Of a stretch of 64,000 nt of DNA, positions 57,297-64,000 are shown in pieces. The stretch lies in the NCBI GenBank assembly GCA_964016885.1, contig OZ024752.1, forward strand, positions 558,001 through 622,000. The letters run 5' to 3'. The notes beneath the pieces were generated by a model. That model was not told the DNA's origin. It did not search any database and saw nothing but the letters and a program-made list of their open reading frames with translations. The stretch's first letter is position 1; every line of letters begins with the position of its first letter. This DNA comes from Eledone cirrhosa. Lineage: Eukaryota. A program made the translations under genes and the position numbers.

Positions 57297-60200
57297 TTGC
57301 ATTGGCGAAAGAATAAATTTGTTGAAAATGGTAATGACATTTTAAAATAAACTTTTTAAAATAGTTGGCGGTGACGATTTCAATGCGATGATAATAACGT
57401 TGACTACATCAGCCATGTATTCCGACGTTTTAATTAATGGATCTATATACATGGTGTCGTGTCAGTGGAACACTTACAGTAAATTCTCGCTTTAACTTAA
57501 TGTATTTAGTCTTCCCTTAATAATATTTATTTTACAGTAATCACTGTGTGCCTGTACTGTACTACCTCGCTTGCTTCCTCTGTTGGCTTCTATTTAACAC
57601 CAACTAAATATTTAGTTCACGACATTATATCATCATTATATTTACACATATATGTGATGTATGTGTATGTATGTGTGTACGTGTAGATTTATGAGTGAGT
57701 GTGCTTATGTGTATGATATATAGATACGTATGCCTCAATGTATTTATGTATGTGTGTACACGGAATAGGATTGCTTCAGTTTATGATATATTAACACATT
57801 AACACATACATATAAATACGTGCCAACTTGAACAAATGACATTTACCGTAGTATCAGGTCGACCCAAGTCTTATGAGTCAAATTGGAGAGACAGTATCTG
57901 TTTGGAAGCCAGCCAAATGGATTGTACCTGCAATTCATAAGGCCAGCATTATCACACACAATGCTACGATGAAGTTCCCTGTGAATGATGTCAAGGTTCA
58001 CACATCTGTGGAATGCTAAGCCACTTGCATGTTAATATCATAAGCAAGCTGTGCCGTTGACCGAGGAAATAGATCAGACCTTGCCTAAACTGTCTGATAT
58101 CCATTCTGTTCCATATATAAAACCCTAAAACAGGTTTATCGCGAACTCTTGTAGTTACCTCTCCCGGAGGCATTCTCTTAAAATATTTTGCCGAATAACA
58201 AGATATATTATATACAGAAGAAAATGTTTTACGACTCAATACTTAATTTAATGTGCGAATGTTCAACGGTAGTTTGCCTCTTAATTTAACCAGGACAATC
58301 TTTTTTGTATCTCAATATTTGCGGGTTCGTACACACGGAACTTCGTGGAGTTTTCGAGAGTCAATCGTCTGCTTGGCCACATCTATCCTGTCACATATTA
58401 ACAACCAACCTGCTTTTCCTTTAAGCTCTCCTCCTTGACAAATACTGATAACGCCTATACATGCACTTTACACCATCTCTTTTCCCCGCATTCACTAGGC
58501 ACTCACTAAGGTATTTTGTTCATACTAACCATACATTATTAAACCCTATTCACAAAACCAACAGTTTATTATGTTTTATTTACATACACAACTACTGACG
58601 TACTTGATTCCCTACTATTACACACAGACACACACTGGTGCATACACACACATATAGGTATACAACTGCTCTCATACTTGGTTACCTGTTCTCTCTTAAA
58701 AGTACCTTCATAAACACATATACTCACATTTCACTACACAGCGCCTCCATAATTATTTCTCTTGATACACGTCCGCTTTTTTCTGCTAGAACCCACAAGT
58801 GCTAATCATGCTCAGTTCATCAATGTACAGCCATCTTCCTCTTTCAAAATCCAATATTGGTTGTTTTTCTTTTGTCATACAATTTCTCTTTCCATATATC
58901 TGTATAAGGCAGCAAATTGGTAGAGTCGTTAGAACGTCGGATAGAATGCTTTTATTCGTTTCGGCTCTCTGCTCTCTGAATTCAAATCCCACTGAAGTCA
59001 ATTTTGCATCCATTCAAGATCGATAAAAAAGTACCAGTCTAGTACTGGGGTTGCACTTCCCCTATATCCATTCTCTCACTTTCTCTATCCTTTTCTAAAA
59101 TAAATTTACAGCATTCAGACTTGAAGAGGAGATAAGCTACGCCTGGTTTAAAAATGCCCAAGAAACGCCAATTGTCAATACAGCCTCCCCCCTACGACTC
59201 CCTCAGGTGTTACAGCATCATGCATGCTTGCATACCAACTGTTCGTGTCTATCGTTGATCATAAATCAGAGAATAGCTTCTGAGGATCTGCAAATGAAAA
59301 CTATCGCTAATTCTCACAAATTGTTTACTTCTAAAATTAAAAATGATTATAATAGAATTTGTAATATAAGCAAATCCTCTACCTGTTGATTTTAGTGACA
59401 TTTCATATATGTCAATGATATAAAATGTTATTGCTAAAATAATTGTTTCTACTTTTGGCACAAGGCCAGCAATTACCCCAGTGCATTACTGGTACTTTTG
59501 CTAAAATAATGACGAAGAAAACTACTGAGTGACACCTTCTGCATAAAAAAAACAATTAGTTGAGTGAGGGCTAACATATTTAATGTAGTTAGTTGCAGCA
59601 TATTATAATTTATTAAAACAATATTCATAGTAATGCATAGGCAACATAATTAGTTTAATTATTGATTAAAATGAAGATCGACAAGTTAGATAACTCCGAA
59701 ATTCGAAATAATAAACACTTGATTGGTAGTATGAATTGAGGAATGAGTTTGATCTTTGGAAATTACGGTGACAAATCCGGACTTAGACTTTTTCAGTGAA
59801 GCATAGACTTACCAATAAGAATATTCTTTTAATTTGAGTATGTTTTAGTATTATTGTTTTATATTATTCGGACGATTCTTTGAAAAGCTCTAGACAAATG
59901 TAATACATATGATCAATAAAAACTATATTTGTCAGCATACAACTTTCGTTTTGTCCCGTAATTCTTAAAAGAGTCGTAGGGGCATCATATAGACATACGG
60001 CATTTCTAGGGGTATTTTAAAACCTGGTCGAGCCCATCTCTTCTCTAGGTCTGAATACAGCAGATTTCTATCCGAGAAGGATAGACAAAATGAGAGATTG
60101 GCAGGGAGAAAGATATATAGTAGAAGAATCGACCCCAATACTAGAAAGGTCCCTTTTTGTCGACTTCGAATGTATCAAAGGCAAAATTGACCTTGAGATT

Positions 60201-60589
60201 TGAACTCAGGGAGTAGAAAACCTAAACGAATACCGACGTTCTAATGACTCGTTAGCATATATAGAGTCCTGTAAATATTTCCAAGTGTCTCGGGGTAACT
60301 GTGCACCTGGTAACGTAGTTGCGGCGGAAAAAGGTAACGTTCTATTTTCTTCTGTCTTTTTTCTTCCCTTCGTTTTTTTTATCTTTCTTTCTCTTGACTC
60401 TACATATAATAGATTCTTGAGGGAGTCTCACCAGTGATATATATTGAGCGGCGCCCAATGAAATGGAAATCATTATGCCAATCCAAGAGATATTGATTAG
60501 TATATTTAAATATTGCGAAATAGCTTCAAGCTTTTTAATAAAACTAGATCATAAACATCCATTGTTCTTCAGTGATGCATATTACCAAC

Positions 60590-60620
<31 letters not shown>

Positions 60621-60934
60621 CATTTAGCAGCAAGCTTGTCTTATACCAAACACTCTCATCCTTACTTATATTCTCAAAGGATTAATAACAATCATTTATT
60701 TGATTCTAGGCGTACTTCAGAGCAACCTCTACTGCTGAATAGGAATTAGTTTCTCAGCTTGTCTCAGTTTGTTAAGAAAACAGTTTATGAAAAATATCGA
60801 ACTGAGGGTATTCAATTTTGCCAATAGATTATCAATTTCACTTAATGTAACTTCGCCACATCTTTCGTTATTGAATTGAAACCGGATAGTAAATATATCT
60901 GTTACCCTTAACCAACTATATATAAGGGTTTATG

Positions 60935-61350
60935 ATTTAGGCACAGGGCCAGCAATTTAGAGGGGGGGGGAGAATCGATTAAATCCTACCAGTATGAGAC
61001 TGCAACTTCCTTTTATCGACCAGGGAAGGATGAAAGGCAAAGTTGACTTTGTCGGGATGTGAAACTAGAACGTAGAGGGCCGTACAAACAGCTATATATA
61101 CTACCAACTTTAGCATGTTTTATTTTTGACCTTAAATTCAGTTATATTATTTGCTTGATCAAGGGTGATGGATTGGTAGAATCAGTAGAGGGTCGGACAA
61201 AATGCTCTGTAGTTATGATCCTTTATGTCCTGTGTACAAATCTCGCCAAGGTTAACTTTGCCTTTCATCTTTACGGGGGTCGATAAAATAAAGTACCAGT
61301 CGACTTCCCCTTACCTTCAAATTGCTGGCCTTGTGCCTTGTGCCAAATTG
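60935..61350. mobile_element. Two tRNA-SINE copies (60935-61080 -, 61160-61350 +)
   Basis: ggatgaaaggcaaagttgac / ctttgcctttcatc cores; gtcgataaaataaagtaccagt. Confidence 0.72.
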
Positions 61351-64000
61351 GCCTTGTGCCTTGTGCGAAATTAATCAAGAATGAAAAATGGAGACATATA
61401 ACACATGGAGACTTATAATATTTAATGGAGGTATTCAAGACCTAAATGAAATTGAATTAAAATAATTAAGAATCGAACCTGACTGTCAAAGTAGACTTGT
61501 CACGACTTCATTCTCATTCTTTATCTTTCACTCTATTTTTACGCATTACTTTAATCTTAAAAGTTTTACGTCCCTAATACTGTGGCTGATACAATATCCC
61601 AGTCGTGGTATGGTTAAAGAAAGTGTAAGAGAGAAGAAAACATTGTAGTCTTAGGTTTTCTTTTAATGCTTAGCTAGTTAGTTTGCTTTCATGACAAAAA
61701 AGGCGCCATTATTCAGCTTGCTGTTGTTTCAAGTAATTCCCAGATAAATAAAAGATGACAAACGAATGTCATTGGACATCTGATTAAGCATTTATATATA
61801 TATATATATATAATCGATAATATATGAGGATAGGAAATACCTAATATATTCTTAAATATTCACAATGATCTGGGACAGTGTGATATATAGTAGGTTAGAA
61901 TAGACGATGCTTTAATATTCTTATTAATCTCATTAATCCATTTCAGATATTTGTTCGTATTGATCTCTTAAGTATCAATCCAGCTCTCCAAATATTCAAA
62001 ACATTTTCAAACTTACTGAATATAATTGTACAATATGTTTTCGGACAGATTATTTTCGGTCAGGACGACAACATATTTTCTACTGAAGTTAATCTGACCA
62101 GTGACTAACAAAACGAAACAGAATATCGATTTATATGCAGGCTGACATAAGAAAACCTGACATATCCTATTAATTACCATTTCTATGGCATTGTAGCTCT
62201 GTTTTCATCTAATGCCTTATGGATCATATAAAGGTGGCATTAATTATCTGAATATGTCATCCACTTTATTTGTTGTTGCTTTAAAGTTTATTTTATTACT
62301 TCTCGACCCTGCTCCTTTCCTACAGTTCCTTGTTCTAAGCTATGTCAACAACTCCAGCCTTCTCCAGCCTTCATTGAAGAACAAAATCCCGAAACATTAT
62401 ACTTTGTCAATCGAACTTATCGACATTCTACGAACACTGCTGTGGTAGAATACACTTATTAAAGGCACCTGGAAATGTGATCTTATCTCGTACTAAGTAT
62501 TTACGAAGTAAACCTTTAAACCTCCCTGACATAAACTGGTCTTTAATTGGCGAAAAGGCTAGAGCAATTGTCACGATTATTGAAAGGAATAGTTATATAA
62601 AAAAAAACGGAAATGTAAATTCAATTGTCAAATCTTTTTAATACTTTTTTACAATTTACACTGTCTTTTTTATTTTGTATTTCGTTTGTTTTATATTCAA
62701 CTTTTGTGGGAAAGAATAACAGAACATGTAAGTGCGGTAGGGAGAGCAAATGTATTTACTTACTAGTTATGGCGTAATCGAAGGAGAGATTCGGGGTCAC
62801 CCTCAGTCAAGATGAATGTCTACAAACCATTGATTTTAATAAGTGTATCAGTAGGTGTTATCACTTATAAGCTTATTAACACTGTTGTTCAGATTCATCT
62901 GTTTTGAGATCTCGTCAAAGATCCAGTTGTAATAATTTGGCTATAAAGGTAGCCGTGTTCAAATTACAATGTCAACTTTTCTTTATCAGGAAGGCGAAAG
63001 TGTCTAAGGCCTTTCCAGGTCCCATGAGACTGGTGAAAATGATGTCTTACAAATTTTCACTTCTGGCAAAAGGAGAACAGGATTCCAGGCTGAATACTTT
63101 AACCAGATGGTAGTGGTAAACAAGATTGTGTGTTAAACCTACTACCAACTGTATAGAAAAAATATTCGATTTTTGTAAGGCCTATAAAGAATGCAAATAT
63201 ATGTATGACTGTAAGTATATGTATGACATAATTATTTGTTTGTAAGCTTGTACAAACTACATGTAGTTAAGGTAGGCACGTTCTGAAGCGTGTTAGGAGG
63301 TAAGGAAAGTAATTTTCTTGTGCCGTTTCATATAGAGGCACTCTTCTTATATAGCCATCAATCAGAATCATTTAGGAAGAGAAATTATAAACATTGTCTT
63401 GTTCATACCGTTAATATGGGATATTATCGGTATTGGGAGAGTTGAATAGCTTTACAAGAAAATCAAATTAGGCATAAGACAACGGTATCTGGAAAACTAA
63501 CAAAACAATGGAGCAAGAGGAAATCTTGCAATTTTATTTGCATTTTATATGTAAAGTCTGTTTAAAAATAAAACTTTAATAATAGAAAAAGTCAAATATT
63601 TTAAGTCTTCCAGAATAGATATATTGGTTTAATGATAAGCAATTTTAGGATATTTCCTCTATGTAAATTATATTTTTGATCGTAGAAAAAGAATGATAGA
63701 ATATATTTTGTTGTGACGGTGAAACAAAAATACAGACTTCGTTAACATTTGAAAGAAAATAGACGATAATACATTTGGTGACCTCTGTATGTGAAAGGGG
63801 TGGGACTTTCAGACGAAATTATAAACAGAATGTATAAATGTATGAAGTCAACTAAAAAGTAACCTTTGAACTTTCTTCTTCTATAACTTGTTACACAATA
63901 TTTCAAATTGTTTAGTTTTACAGACATATATATTTATGATATAAAATGTACAGATATAGAATATTATATGTATTACATGCACTAATATTTTCTTCTCTTA

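Noticed and set aside
59276-59310. CTGAGGA...GAAA spacing
   Set aside because: No stem II or III pairing
62326-62462. Possible next phase-1 exon (cctttcctacag|TT CCT TGT..., PCSKLCQQ...)
   Set aside because: Acceptor is plausible but there is no good donor and no recognisable EGF or other motif; needs RNA-seq

Overview
Very AT-rich eukaryotic DNA, most likely octopus (inferred from the tRNA-SINE style, the LINE repertoire and the huge (TA)n tracts). Almost all of the listed 'IYIY' ORFs are microsatellite translations. I can support only one host exon: 15885-16523 (+), symmetric phase 1, encoding an uncharacterised extracellular-type domain. The rest is repeat: a decayed near-full-length Dong/R4-type RLE retrotransposon (9386-13566, -), a decayed RTE LINE (31770-34545, -), fragments of RTE-type, CR1-group, CRE and L1/Tx1 LINEs, an RTE-derived non-autonomous element, tRNA-SINEs, and hAT and Tc1-like MITEs. 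The main hidden signal is RNA structure. The short unique islands inside the (TA)n tracts between about 1.5 and 46 kb hold about 20 type I hammerhead ribozyme (HHR) motifs from roughly 10 sequence families, plus half-motifs and core variants (U3-A8, U4A, A13C). Several lie downstream of C-terminal remnants of Penelope-like GIY-YIG ORFs. Many sit in fold-back pairs with both 3' ends facing outward. One family forms a young, ORF-less 472-bp tandem and inverted array (40168-42055) with one minimal HHR per unit, resembling a retrozyme/circRNA locus. All structures were paired by eye; none was computed or tested.
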